Assembly (NCBI GenBank): GCA_001898645.1
Contig: MKUQ01000022.1
Coordinates: 82,443-114,442 of the forward strand
Source: Burkholderiales bacterium 70-64
Lineage (GTDB): Bacteria > Pseudomonadota > Gammaproteobacteria > Burkholderiales > Burkholderiaceae_E
Reading direction: 5' to 3'
Length of the DNA: 32,000 nucleotides
Positions 1 to 8,855 of the stretch are shown piece by piece. Position 1 is the stretch's first letter. Each line of letters begins with the position of its first letter. Made by a program: the position numbers and the translations under genes. The notes beneath the pieces were generated by a model that saw only the letters and a list, made by a program, of their open reading frames with translations, did no database searches and had not been told where the DNA came from.

Positions 1-544
1 GATCGAAGCGGTCATGGCCGACCTCGGCGCACGCCACGGCGGGCTCGATCTGGCAGTCAACAACGCAGGGGTCGCCCCCGGGCCGTGTCCGATCGGAGAG
101 TGCACGCTGGAGGGCTGGCGGCGCGTGATGGACGTGAACCTCGACGGCTTGTTCTACTGCCTGCGCTACGAGATTCCGCAGATGCTGAGGCGGGGCGGCG
201 GAGCCATCGTGAACGTCGCGTCGATCGCCGGGGTCAACGCCGTGAGAGGCACCGGGCCGTACACGGCATCGAAACATGGCGTCATCGGCCTCACCAAGAC
301 TGCCGCGCTGGACTATGCGAAGGCCTCGATCCGCGTCAATGCGGTGGCGCCGGGCTACGTCGAGACAAGGCTGCTGGGACCGAGAGTGGATGCGGCGCGG
401 GAGGCCGCGGCCTCGACGCACCCGATCGGACGCCTGGCGCATGCCGGGGAGGTGGCCGAGATGATCGCCTTCCTGCTTTCCGGACGGGCGAGCTTCGTCA
501 CCGGAAGCGTGCACCTGGTCGACGGCGGCTACTCGGCGCGCTGA
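1..544 (+). CDS. short-chain dehydrogenase/reductase (SDR), 5' end cut by the window edge
   Basis: The frame is open from the window start. It contains NNAG, the catalytic Y-x3-K (YTASK) and the PGYVET motif typical of classical SDRs. Stop TGA is at 542-544. Confidence 0.85.
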   Translation, partial: IEAVMADLGARHGGLDLAVNNAGVAPGPCPIGECTLEGWRRVMDVNLDGLFYCLRYEIPQMLRRGGGAIVNVASIAGVNAVRGTGPYTASKHGVIGLTKTAALDYAKASIRVNAVAPGYVETRLLGPRVDAAREAAASTHPIGRLAHAGEVAEMIAFLLSGRASFVTGSVHLVDGGYSAR

Positions 545-559
545 GTGCCGGCGCGCTGC

Positions 560-575
560 GGCGTGTCGACACGCC
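560..575. terminator. perfect 16-bp palindrome (GGCGTGTCGACACGCC) between convergent genes; possible bidirectional terminator hairpin
   Basis: Read directly. It lies between the SDR stop (544) and the nitroreductase stop (576). There is no U-tract, so this is weak. Confidence 0.3.
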
Positions 576-1295
576 CTAGTCGCTGCCGACCCAGCTCACG
601 ACCTCGCCCAGGGGCGCCCGGCTCGTCCGGAAGCCGTTCGCCGGATGCGCAGTGTCTTCGTATCCGAAGGACACGCCGCAAACCACCCGCCTGTCCTCGC
701 CCAACCCGAAGAAGCGCCGCACGAACCCGGAGTGCGCGGCCAGGGCACCCTGGGCGATCGAAGCCACGCCGAGGCTTTGCGCGGCCAGCATGAAGTTGCT
801 CACCCAGGCGCCGCAGTCGATCGCGCCATAGACGCCGAGCGCCTCGTCGGTCGTGACGATCGCCACGTGCGGTGCCCCGAACAGGCGGAAGTTCTCGCGT
901 TCCTGACGCCTCCTGCCCTCGAGGTCGGCGCGCTCGATCCCGACGCTGCGGTACAGCTGAAGGCCGCTCTCGCGGCGTCGCTGCAGGTGGACGCCGCGAT
1001 ACTCGCGCGGAAAGGGAAGATCGGTGGCAGGTGCGTTCGAAGCCGCGAACGCCAGATATGCCTGCCGGAACCGCTCGGTGGCGGGCCCGGCGGTCACGAT
1101 CACCTGCCACGGCTGCGCATTGCACCAGGACGCCGTTCGCTGCGCCATCTGCAGGATCCGCTCGATGATCGTCCGGTCGACCTTCTCGCCGCGGAACGCG
1201 CGGCAGCTGTAGCGGGCGGCGAGAAGGCTTTCGAGCGTATCGGCCGCGGCCGGGCTCTCCGGACGGGGCTCGGCACCCGGGGAGTATTCAGCCAT
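576..1295 (-). CDS. nitroreductase family protein
   Basis: 239-aa ORF. The N-terminal RYSCRAF...ILQMAQRTASWCNAQPW pattern is typical of NAD(P)H-flavin nitroreductases. Its ATG overlaps the upstream gene's stop (ATGGCTGA). Confidence 0.85.
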   Translation of the reverse strand: MAEYSPGAEPRPESPAAADTLESLLAARYSCRAFRGEKVDRTIIERILQMAQRTASWCNAQPWQVIVTAGPATERFRQAYLAFAASNAPATDLPFPREYRGVHLQRRRESGLQLYRSVGIERADLEGRRRQERENFRLFGAPHVAIVTTDEALGVYGAIDCGAWVSNFMLAAQSLGVASIAQGALAAHSGFVRRFFGLGEDRRVVCGVSFGYEDTAHPANGFRTSRAPLGEVVSWVGSD

Positions 1296-2673
1296 GGGGC
1301 ACGGCCGCCGCGGCGAGCAGCGCCTGGTGATGGTCCGTCAGGAATCGGGTGTAGACGCTGCCGGCGGCAAAACCTTCGTGGGCGAGAACCGAGCGCAGGT
1401 AGGCGATGTTGTGTCCGACACCCTCGATGCGCGTTTCGGCGAGCGCATCGTCGAGTCGCCGGATCGCTTCGCGGCGCGAGGCCCCCCAGGCGCAGACCTT
1501 CATCAGCAGCGGATCGTAGAAATGGGTGACCGCGTTTCCGGCCCTGTAACCGGTCTCGAAGCGGACGTCCTTCGCGGCCGGGACATCCAGCGCCGCGAGC
1601 TTGCCCGGGCTCGGGATGAAGTTCTTCGCAGGATTCTCGGCGTACACGCGCGCCTCGATCGCGTGCCCCCGGCATGCGACGCGTTCCTGCAGCAGGTCGT
1701 CGCCGGGGGACTCTTCCATCACCAGGCGGATCTGCGCGGCGACCAGGTCGACGCCGGTGATCATCTCGGTGACCGGATGCTCGACCTGGATGCGCGTGTT
1801 CATCTCGAGGAAGAAGAATTCCTCCTTCTCCGCGTCGAGCAGGAACTCGATCGTGCCCGCCCCCTCGTAGCGGCATGCCGAAGCGAGCGCCACGGCCGCG
1901 CGCGCCATCCTGTTGCGCAATTCGTCGCGCACGCCGGGGGCGAGTGCCTCTTCCACGACCTTCTGGTGCCGGCGCTGCAGCGAGCAGTCGCGCTCGAACA
2001 GATGCACGGCTCGCCCGTCGCCGAATCCGAATATCTGGATCTCCACGTGCCGGGCCTGTGCGACGTAGCGCTCGAGGTAGACCGAGCCGTCGCCGAACGC
2101 CTTGCCCGCGAGATCCGAAGTCTTGCCCACCGCATCGACCAGCTCGCCGGGTTCGCCGACGGTGCGCATGCCGATGCCGCCGCCGCCGGCGGAGGCTTTC
2201 ACCAGCAGCGGGAAGCCGACGACCTCGCCTGCCTTCACGATGGCAACGGGATCGTGCGGGAGCTTTCCCGACCCCGGAAGGACCGGTACGCCCGCACTGC
2301 TCGCGGCGACGCGGGCCTGCTCCTTGTCACCCATCAGACGGATCAGCTCCGGCGACGGGCCGACGAAGGCGATGCGGGCCTCCCGGCAGCGCTCCGCAAA
2401 GGCCGGGTTTTCGGAGAGGAAGCCGTAGCCGGGGTGCAGCAGGGTGGCGCCGGTGTCCCGGGCGGCCTGCAACAGCCGCTCTCCCACCAGGTAGCTTTCG
2501 CTCGCGCGCGCCGGGCCGATGCACACGGCCTCGTCGGCCATCTCGACGTGGGGGAGGCCGGCGTCGACCTCGGAATGCACGGCGACCGTCGGAAGATCCA
2601 GCGTGCGTGCGGCCCGGATGATCCGGCATGCGATCTCGCCGCGATTCGCGACGAGCAGCTTGTGTCTCGACAT
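1288..2673 (-). CDS. biotin carboxylase (ATP-grasp, AccC-like paralog)
   Basis: MSRHKLLVANRGEIACRIIRA..., HPGYGFLSEN, the EMNTRIQVEHPVTE signature and a full C-terminal domain, 461 aa in total. Only the C-terminal part of the 978-aa track ORF is real. ATG is at 2671-2673. Confidence 0.9.
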   Translation of the reverse strand: MSRHKLLVANRGEIACRIIRAARTLDLPTVAVHSEVDAGLPHVEMADEAVCIGPARASESYLVGERLLQAARDTGATLLHPGYGFLSENPAFAERCREARIAFVGPSPELIRLMGDKEQARVAASSAGVPVLPGSGKLPHDPVAIVKAGEVVGFPLLVKASAGGGGIGMRTVGEPGELVDAVGKTSDLAGKAFGDGSVYLERYVAQARHVEIQIFGFGDGRAVHLFERDCSLQRRHQKVVEEALAPGVRDELRNRMARAAVALASACRYEGAGTIEFLLDAEKEEFFFLEMNTRIQVEHPVTEMITGVDLVAAQIRLVMEESPGDDLLQERVACRGHAIEARVYAENPAKNFIPSPGKLAALDVPAAKDVRFETGYRAGNAVTHFYDPLLMKVCAWGASRREAIRRLDDALAETRIEGVGHNIAYLRSVLAHEGFAAGSVYTRFLTDHHQALLAAAAVPHG

Positions 2674-2709
2674 TCCACGGCCTGCTTTTCTTTGACTAAC
2701 GAACATTAG

Positions 2710-2736
2710 TTTATAGGCGAATATGTCGTGTTGCAA
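2710..2736 (-). promoter_or_regulatory. candidate sigma70-like promoter for the biotin carboxylase operon (TTGCAA-N15-TATAAA on the minus strand) in an AT-rich divergent intergenic region
   Basis: Read from the sequence. The spacer is short (15-16 nt). The adjacent imperfect palindrome ACTAAC-N4-ATTAGT (2695-2710) could be an operator. Confidence 0.3.
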
Positions 2737-2838
2737 CCGTACCGTCCGCGCTGCGGTCGGTGGTATCCTCTTCGGCGAACGCCCGCGTATCGGGCTGCGT
2801 CGCCCGGTGTTCCGGCACCGGGACTTTTCGAGGCGACG

Positions 2839-3222
2839 ATGTTCAAGATCATCTACTGCATCAGGAAGAAGGCCGGGCTGACGCGCGAGCAGTTCCTGTC
2901 GCATTGGCTGGGCGTTCACGGACCGATCGTCGTCGAGAACCAGGCGGTGCTTCGGATCGCCCGCTATGTCCAGACGGCGCCGCTCGAGCATGATTTCTCG
3001 GCTCGTGTCGAGCGCCGCGGCGTGCTCGATCCGGCCTACGACGGCGTGGCGGAGCTGTATTGGGCCGACGAGACCGATTTCCGCCATGCATTCGCCGACG
3101 GGGAGGCGCTGCGGATCCAGAAGATCCTGGCGGACGACGAACGCAATTTCGTCGATCATGCGGGATCGGCGCGCTGGATCAGCCGGGAGATCGTGGCCGT
3201 TCCCTGCGCGCCGACACGATGA
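2839..3222 (+). CDS. EthD domain protein
   Basis: MFKIIYCIRKKAGLTREQFLSHWLGVHGPIV... resembles EthD-family small proteins. GAGG lies upstream of the ATG at 2839. Confidence 0.7.
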   Translation: MFKIIYCIRKKAGLTREQFLSHWLGVHGPIVVENQAVLRIARYVQTAPLEHDFSARVERRGVLDPAYDGVAELYWADETDFRHAFADGEALRIQKILADDERNFVDHAGSARWISREIVAVPCAPTR

Positions 3223-3258
3223 CCGGCTTTCCCGCAGCCCTTTCGTCGAGCATCCATC

Positions 3259-4257
3259 ATGACCACGATGAACCGCCAGATCCTGCTCGCCAGCCGCCCC
3301 GAGGGCGGCGTCACCCCGGAGAACTTCCGCCTCGTGGAGACGCCGATCCCGGCGGTGGGCGCCGGCGAAGTGCTGGTGCGCAACCATTACCTGTCGCTCG
3401 ATCCGTACATGCGCGGGCGCATGGACGACGCCAAGTCGTATGCGGCCCCTCAGCCGCTCGGCGAGGTGATGATCGGGGGCACCGCGGGCGAAGTGATCGA
3501 GAGCGCCAACCCGAAGTTCGCCGTCGGCGACAAGGTGATCGGCATGCTCGGCTGGCAGCTCTACGGCAAGTCCGACGGCGCCTGGCTGCGCAAGGTCGAC
3601 ACGACGCGCGTGCCGCTCTCGGCATACCTGGGGGTCGTCGGCATGCCCGGAGTCACCGCCTGGTACGGCCTGAACCGGATCATCGCCCCGAAGGCGGGCG
3701 AGACGGTGGTGGTGTCGGCAGCCAGCGGCGCGGTGGGCTCGGTGGTGGGGCAGCTGGCCAGGCGGCTCGGCTGCCGTGCGGTCGGCGTGGCCGGGGGGCC
3801 CGAGAAGTGCCGCATCGTCACCCATGAGTACGGCTTCGATGCCTGCGTGGACTACAAGGCCGGCCGGCTGTACGAGGACCTGAAGGCGGCCACGCCGAAC
3901 GGCATCGACGGCTGCTTCGAGAACGTCGGCGGCGAGGTCTTCGATGCCGTGCTGCGCCGGATGAACGCGTTCGGACGCATCGCGGTGTGCGGGCTGATCG
4001 CGGGCTACGACGGCCGCCCGATCCCCTTGCACAATTTCGCCTCGGTGCTGGTGAACCGGCTGCGGGTGGAGGGCTTCATCGTCACGGAGCACATGGACGC
4101 ATGGCCCGAGGCCCAGCGCGAGCTGGGCGCGCGGGTGGCCGAGGGTGCGCTGAAGTACCGCGAGACGGTTGCCAAGGGGCTCGAGGCCGCACCCGAGGCC
4201 TTCATCGGGCTGCTCAGGGGGCACAACGTGGGCAAGCAGCTGGTCAAGCTGATCTGA
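3259..4257 (+). CDS. NADP-dependent oxidoreductase, medium-chain reductase family (YncB/CurA/leukotriene B4 12-hydroxydehydrogenase-like)
   Basis: 332 aa. LASRPEG.PTPENFRL...LSLDPYMRGRM and the AASGAVGS nucleotide-binding motif. Confidence 0.85.
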   Translation: MTTMNRQILLASRPEGGVTPENFRLVETPIPAVGAGEVLVRNHYLSLDPYMRGRMDDAKSYAAPQPLGEVMIGGTAGEVIESANPKFAVGDKVIGMLGWQLYGKSDGAWLRKVDTTRVPLSAYLGVVGMPGVTAWYGLNRIIAPKAGETVVVSAASGAVGSVVGQLARRLGCRAVGVAGGPEKCRIVTHEYGFDACVDYKAGRLYEDLKAATPNGIDGCFENVGGEVFDAVLRRMNAFGRIAVCGLIAGYDGRPIPLHNFASVLVNRLRVEGFIVTEHMDAWPEAQRELGARVAEGALKYRETVAKGLEAAPEAFIGLLRGHNVGKQLVKLI

Positions 4258-4322
4258 CCCGGGACTGCGCTTCGGCGCCCGGCGGCAGGGCCGGCGAGCG
4301 AACGCAGCGGGAGATTTGCACG

Positions 4323-4472
4323 ATGAAGGACTTCGCAGGCAAGGTTGCGGTGATCACCGGCGCGGGCAGCGGGTTCGGACGCGAGCTCGCGCGCCTGCGC
4401 GACGTGCTCGGGCAGCGCAACCCGAGCGATCCGTTCACCTACAAGCCGGAAGTCGCGCATCGGGTGGGCTAG
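4323..4472 (+). pseudogene. SDR remnant: intact N-terminal Rossmann motif joined to an unrelated short tail (49 codons)
   Basis: MKDFAGKVAVITGAGSGFGRELA is a canonical SDR TGxxxGxG start, but the frame stops after 49 aa with no catalytic region. Confidence 0.45.
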
Positions 4473-4499
4473 GCGCCGAGATCGCACGCTTCGTCGACG

Positions 4500-5438
4500 A
4501 TGCCGCTTGATCCGCAGATCGAGAAGATCCTGTACTGGGCGCAGCGCGCCAAGGCGCCGCCGTACCCGCAGCTCGGCGCCGTGCTCGCGCGCGAGCTGTA
4601 CACCAAGGCATCGGCCACGCTCGACATCATGCCGCCGGCCCTGCACGAGGTGCGCGACCTCGAGCTCGCGCTGCCCGGGCGCACACTGCGCGTGCGCCAG
4701 TACGCGCCCTGGCCGCACAGCTGGGCCGAGCCGCGCCCGGCTCTGCTGTACTTCCACGGAGGGGGCTTCACCATCGGTTCGGTCGACACCCACGACCGGG
4801 TGTGCCGCATGCTGGCGCTCGGCGCCGACTGCCTGGTCTATTCGGTGGACTACCGCCTCGCGCCCGAGCACCCGTTCCCGGCTGCCGCCGACGATGCGTT
4901 CGAGAGCCTGGAATGGCTGCATCGCGAGGCCGGCGCGCTGGGCGTGGATCCGGCGCGCATCGCGGTGGGCGGCGACAGCGCCGGCGGCACGCTGGCGGCC
5001 GCCAGCGCGATCCACGCGCGCGACCGCGGCTGGCCGCTCGCCCTGCAGCTGCTCGTCTACCCGGGCCTGTCGAGCCGCCAGGACACCGATTCCTATCGCC
5101 GCTACGCGCGCGGCTACCTCCTCGACATCGATACCGTGCAGTGGTTCTTCGCGCACCTGCTGCGCGACGAGCGCGACCGCCACGACTGGCGCTTCGCGCC
5201 GCTGCTGGCCGACGACCTGCGCGGCGTGACGCCGGCCTGGATCGGCGCGGCGGAGTACGATCCGCTGGTCGACGAGGATCGCGCCTATGCGCAACGGCTG
5301 CGCGAAGCCGGCGTGGCGGTGACCTTCATCCAGTACGACGGCATGATCCACTCGTTCTTCCAGTACGGCGGATTCGTGCCCACGGCGCGCCAGGCGCATG
5401 CGGACGCCTGCGCGGCGCTGCGCGAAGCGTTCGCATGA
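4500..5438 (+). CDS. alpha/beta hydrolase, hormone-sensitive-lipase-like esterase (fold-3)
   Basis: HGGGF oxyanion motif, GDSAGG nucleophile elbow, 312 aa. Confidence 0.85.
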   Translation: MPLDPQIEKILYWAQRAKAPPYPQLGAVLARELYTKASATLDIMPPALHEVRDLELALPGRTLRVRQYAPWPHSWAEPRPALLYFHGGGFTIGSVDTHDRVCRMLALGADCLVYSVDYRLAPEHPFPAAADDAFESLEWLHREAGALGVDPARIAVGGDSAGGTLAAASAIHARDRGWPLALQLLVYPGLSSRQDTDSYRRYARGYLLDIDTVQWFFAHLLRDERDRHDWRFAPLLADDLRGVTPAWIGAAEYDPLVDEDRAYAQRLREAGVAVTFIQYDGMIHSFFQYGGFVPTARQAHADACAALREAFA

Positions 5439-5448
5439 GGAGAGGGCG

Positions 5449-6564
5449 ATGGGCGAGGGCGCGATCGAGCTGCGCACCGGCGACTGGGCGGCGCTCGGCG
5501 CGCACGCCGGTGCGCTGCGCCACCAGGTGTTCGTGCTGGAGCAGGGCATCGCCGCCGAGCACGAATGCGACGGCCGGGACGCGCTCGCGGTGCATTGCGT
5601 GGCCTACCGCGACGGCCGCCCGGTGGGCACCGGCCGGCTGCTGCCCGACGGGCGCATCGGGCGTATGGCAGTAGTGCGCGACGCCCGCGGCCTGGGCATC
5701 GGGCGGCGCATCCTCGCCGCGCTGGCGGCGGTCGCCGCGGCGCGCGGCGACGCGCGCATCGAGCTGAGCGCGCAGCGGCAGGTCGAGCCGTTCTATCGGG
5801 CGCAAGGCTTCGAGCGCGCCGGCGAACCCTACGAGGAGGTCGGCATCGCGCACGTGAAGATGCGCCGCACCCTGCTGGCGATCGGGCTCGCCGCGGGCAT
5901 GCCGCTCATCAGCGCGCTCGTTGCCCGGCCGGCGTTTGCCGGCGCGCTCGATGCAGTCTCGAGCGCCGACGCCGCCGGCGCCCTGCGGGCGGCGCTCGAT
6001 CGCGGCGCGGCGCAGGCGGTGGCGCAACTCGGGCGCGCCGGCGGCTTCCTGGACAACCCGAAGGTGCGCATCCCCCTGCCCGAGGGCCTGCGCCAGGCCG
6101 AGCGGCTGCTGCGCACCATGGGCTATGGGGGCGAGCTGGACGAGCTGGTCACGGCGATGAATCGCGCCGCCGAGCGGGCGGTGCCCGAGGCGAAGCAGTT
6201 GCTGGTGGCCGCGGTGAAGTCGATGTCGGTGTCCGATGCGAAGGCGATCCTCACCGGCGGCGGCGACTCGGTGACCCGCTTCTTCCAGTCGCGCACGCAG
6301 GCATCGCTCACCGAACGCTTCCTGCCGGTGGTGAGCCGGCAGGTGTCGCGGCTCGGTCTGACGCAGCGCTACAACGCGCTGGCCGGGCAGGCCGCCAAGC
6401 TGCGCCTCGTCGACCAGCGCGATGCATCGGTCGAGCGCTACGTCACCACGCGCGCGCTCGACGGCCTGTACCTGATGATCGGCGAGGAAGAGCGCGCGAT
6501 CCGGCGCAACCCCGTGCAGGCCGGATCGAAGCTCATCGAGCGGGTGTTCGGCGCGATGCGCTGA
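5449..6564 (+). CDS. GNAT N-acetyltransferase domain reading in frame, with no stop, into a DUF4197-like secreted protein
   Basis: The GNAT core (RLLPDGRIGRMAVVRDARGLGIGRRIL...FYRAQGFE...IAHVKM) is followed in the same frame by MRRTLLAIGLAAGMPLISALVARPAFA and a DUF4197-like body. GAGGAGAGGG lies upstream of the ATG at 5449. Confidence 0.6.
   Translation: MGEGAIELRTGDWAALGAHAGALRHQVFVLEQGIAAEHECDGRDALAVHCVAYRDGRPVGTGRLLPDGRIGRMAVVRDARGLGIGRRILAALAAVAAARGDARIELSAQRQVEPFYRAQGFERAGEPYEEVGIAHVKMRRTLLAIGLAAGMPLISALVARPAFAGALDAVSSADAAGALRAALDRGAAQAVAQLGRAGGFLDNPKVRIPLPEGLRQAERLLRTMGYGGELDELVTAMNRAAERAVPEAKQLLVAAVKSMSVSDAKAILTGGGDSVTRFFQSRTQASLTERFLPVVSRQVSRLGLTQRYNALAGQAAKLRLVDQRDASVERYVTTRALDGLYLMIGEEERAIRRNPVQAGSKLIERVFGAMR
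5860..6564 (+). CDS. DUF4197-like periplasmic protein with signal peptide (alternative internal start of the same frame)
   Basis: The ATG at 5860 begins a typical Sec signal peptide (positive n-region, hydrophobic core, AFA cleavage-like site). 234 aa is the usual size for this family. Confidence 0.55.
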   Translation: MRRTLLAIGLAAGMPLISALVARPAFAGALDAVSSADAAGALRAALDRGAAQAVAQLGRAGGFLDNPKVRIPLPEGLRQAERLLRTMGYGGELDELVTAMNRAAERAVPEAKQLLVAAVKSMSVSDAKAILTGGGDSVTRFFQSRTQASLTERFLPVVSRQVSRLGLTQRYNALAGQAAKLRLVDQRDASVERYVTTRALDGLYLMIGEEERAIRRNPVQAGSKLIERVFGAMR

Positions 6565-7351
6565 GCGCCCGGAAGCGCGCGCGGCGGTCGCCGGTGAGGC
6601 TGGGCGCCGGCTCGCCCGGCGTCCAGCTGCGTTCGAGAGTATCGATGCGCCCGTCGCGGCGCACCGCGACCAGGGACGAGGCGCGCGTGCCGTAGCCCAG
6701 ACCGGGCGCCGAGATCATCGCCGGCGCCAGGATGCGCTCGCGCGCCAGCCCGACCCCGGTGTCGGGCAGGGCCTCGTCCGGCGGCACCGAGCGGTCGGAC
6801 AGCGCCTCCAGCAGCACCGTGTCGACGGGCTCGCGCGGATCGTCCAGCACCTCGCGCAGCCGCCCGCTCAGGTTGCGCACCTTGGGCCAGGGGGTGTCGA
6901 GCAGGTGGTTCGACAGGCCGTGCACGCCGGGCGGGATCTCGAGCACGCGCTGCGGATGCCGGTTCGAGACGTACAGTGCCGGGCGCGCTGCGGCCGGATC
7001 GAAAAGGACCAGGTTGAAGCCCGCGTAGTCGTCGCCGCGCGCGGCCACCTGCGCGGCATACTCGTCGATGGGGATGGGGCTGCCGACGAAGCCGCTGACC
7101 AGCTCGCCGCGCGAACGGCGTCCCGGCGGCATGCCGGGCTCGCGCACGTTGGTCACTGCCGCCAAGCGGCCGCCGCGATCCACGGCCAGCCAACTGCCGC
7201 CGGCCACGCGGTCGCGCCCACCCCATACCCCCGGGCGATCGGCCCACCAGGCCGCGGCGTCGGCGGCGCGGCCGTAGAGCTCGTCGCGATTGGCCGCCAG
7301 CAGCAGGACGAACTCGTCGTGGGCGTCGAGGGCGAAGGCGATCAGGCACAT
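6533..7351 (-). CDS. NRDE family protein (DUF833 / TANGO2-like)
   Basis: MCLIAFA... N-terminus and the AANRDE motif. 272 aa. The 3' end overlaps the convergent DUF4197 gene by 32 nt. Confidence 0.8.
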   Translation of the reverse strand: MCLIAFALDAHDEFVLLLAANRDELYGRAADAAAWWADRPGVWGGRDRVAGGSWLAVDRGGRLAAVTNVREPGMPPGRRSRGELVSGFVGSPIPIDEYAAQVAARGDDYAGFNLVLFDPAAARPALYVSNRHPQRVLEIPPGVHGLSNHLLDTPWPKVRNLSGRLREVLDDPREPVDTVLLEALSDRSVPPDEALPDTGVGLARERILAPAMISAPGLGYGTRASSLVAVRRDGRIDTLERSWTPGEPAPSLTGDRRARFRALSASRRTPAR

Positions 7352-7358
7352 CGCGGAC

Positions 7359-7670
7359 TCAGGCGCTCCACTCGAACACCTCGGCGAAACGCTCCCCGGT
7401 GACGAGCGCGTCGAGCCCGAGGGCGCGGGCGTCGGCCGCGAGCGCCTCGATGAAGGCCGCGCAGCGGTCGGCGGCTAGCGGCTCGTAGGACTCCAGCCAG
7501 GTGCGATAGCGGCCCTCGGGCTCGTCGCGCCAGCCGAAGCGCGCCTGCACGCCGTGCGCGGCAGCTGCCCGCCCGACGAGCGCGGCGAGCGCGCGGCGGC
7601 ATTCCTCGTTACGGGCCGGATCGGCGCGGAACCAGACCAGCACCACGCAGACCGATGGGGTCGCGCTCAT
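7359..7670 (-). CDS. small conserved protein (DUF4936-like)
   Basis: 103 aa. Its ATG overlaps the ygfZ stop (ATGA at 7667-7670). The family call is from memory of this gene neighbourhood. Confidence 0.55.
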   Translation of the reverse strand: MSATPSVCVVLVWFRADPARNEECRRALAALVGRAAAAHGVQARFGWRDEPEGRYRTWLESYEPLAADRCAAFIEALAADARALGLDALVTGERFAEVFEWSA

Positions 7671-8800
7671 GGTGCCCGTTCGCTCGCGTAGGGGAGCGGC
7701 TGCAGCAGGATCGGCCGGTCGCCGGTACGCAGGTCCGCCGCGGCTTGCGCGCCCGCCGCCTGGGCCTCGAAGAGGAAATCGGTGCCGCCGCCGGGGGCAG
7801 GCGCGGCCAGCACCACCTTGCCGACCGGCTCGCCGCTGCCTGCGCGCACCTCGGCGCCCGGGGCGGGCGGTGCGCCGGCGGCATGCCCGAGGAACAGGCG
7901 CCGCTTGACCTTGCCCAGGTAGTGCGCGCGCGCGACGATCTCCTGCCCGGGGTAGCAGCCCTTGTCGAAGCTCACGCCGCCCACGGTGTCGAAGTCGATC
8001 ATCTGCGGCACGAACTGCTCGACCGTCGCCGGCACCACGCGCGGGATGCCGCTGCGCACGTCGGTCCAGCGCCAGGCCGCCGAATCCACCGGCCGCAGGT
8101 GCTCGAGCAGGCGCGCCCACGCGGCCGGCAGCGACTCGACGGGCATCACCGCCAGCCAGCGCGCCAGCGGCGGGGCATCGGGCCCCGCGGCGATGGGCGG
8201 CAGGCCGATGGCCGAGATCGTCGCCCCGGCGCCGGCCTGCTCGCCCTCGACGCGGCGATGGGCGACCTCGAGCGGTGCGGGCGCCGGCAGGCCCAGCGCC
8301 GCCAGCGCGGCCGGCGCCTGGCGCCCGCACAGGCCGAGCACCGCCGCGGCATCCGAGCGGTCTTCGAGGCGCACCTTGGCGCGCAGCACGAACATCGCCA
8401 GCCGCTTGCGCACCGCCTCGGCGAGCGGGCGCGACAGGATGGCCCGGTATTCGGAGCCGTCGCGCCAGACGAGCAGGGTGGCGAGCAGCCGGCCCTTGGG
8501 CGTGCAGTAGCCGTGCCAGCGCGCCTGCGCGGGCGGCTGGTGCTCGATGTCGTTGGTGGTCTGGGAGTGCAGGAAGCGCGTGGCATCCTCGCCGTGCACG
8601 GCCAGCAGGCCGTGATCGGACAGCGGGGCCACGGCGCCGGCGGCGAGCCGCTCGAGCGAGGCCGGCGTGCCCGCTGCCGCATCCGTGGTGCCGAAACGCG
8701 CCTGGGGTCCGTAGTCGTCCTCGTAGCCCTCGGCGCCGCAGGCTGCCAGCATCGGGGGCAGGCGGGTTTCGTCCGGCATGGAAGGAGAAGCGGCGAGCAT
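7667..8800 (-). CDS. ygfZ: folate-binding protein YgfZ (aminomethyltransferase-like)
   Basis: FLHSQTTNDI motif and the C-terminal KGCYPGQEIVAR motif characteristic of YgfZ/CAF17. The start is uncertain (ATG at 8800, 8779 or 8752). Confidence 0.8.
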   Translation of the reverse strand: MLAASPSMPDETRLPPMLAACGAEGYEDDYGPQARFGTTDAAAGTPASLERLAAGAVAPLSDHGLLAVHGEDATRFLHSQTTNDIEHQPPAQARWHGYCTPKGRLLATLLVWRDGSEYRAILSRPLAEAVRKRLAMFVLRAKVRLEDRSDAAAVLGLCGRQAPAALAALGLPAPAPLEVAHRRVEGEQAGAGATISAIGLPPIAAGPDAPPLARWLAVMPVESLPAAWARLLEHLRPVDSAAWRWTDVRSGIPRVVPATVEQFVPQMIDFDTVGGVSFDKGCYPGQEIVARAHYLGKVKRRLFLGHAAGAPPAPGAEVRAGSGEPVGKVVLAAPAPGGGTDFLFEAQAAGAQAAADLRTGDRPILLQPLPYASERAP

Positions 8801-8855
8801 GGCTGATCCCGGGGGAGGGCGGATTATTATAGGCACCCCCTGCCACGCCGAGGCG

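Noticed and set aside
1288-4224. 978-aa minus-strand ORF
   Set aside because: Only the last 461 codons (from ATG 2673) look like a protein (biotin carboxylase). The upstream 517 codons are Arg/Ala/Pro/His-rich antisense of the EthD and oxidoreductase genes, a typical high-GC open-frame artefact.
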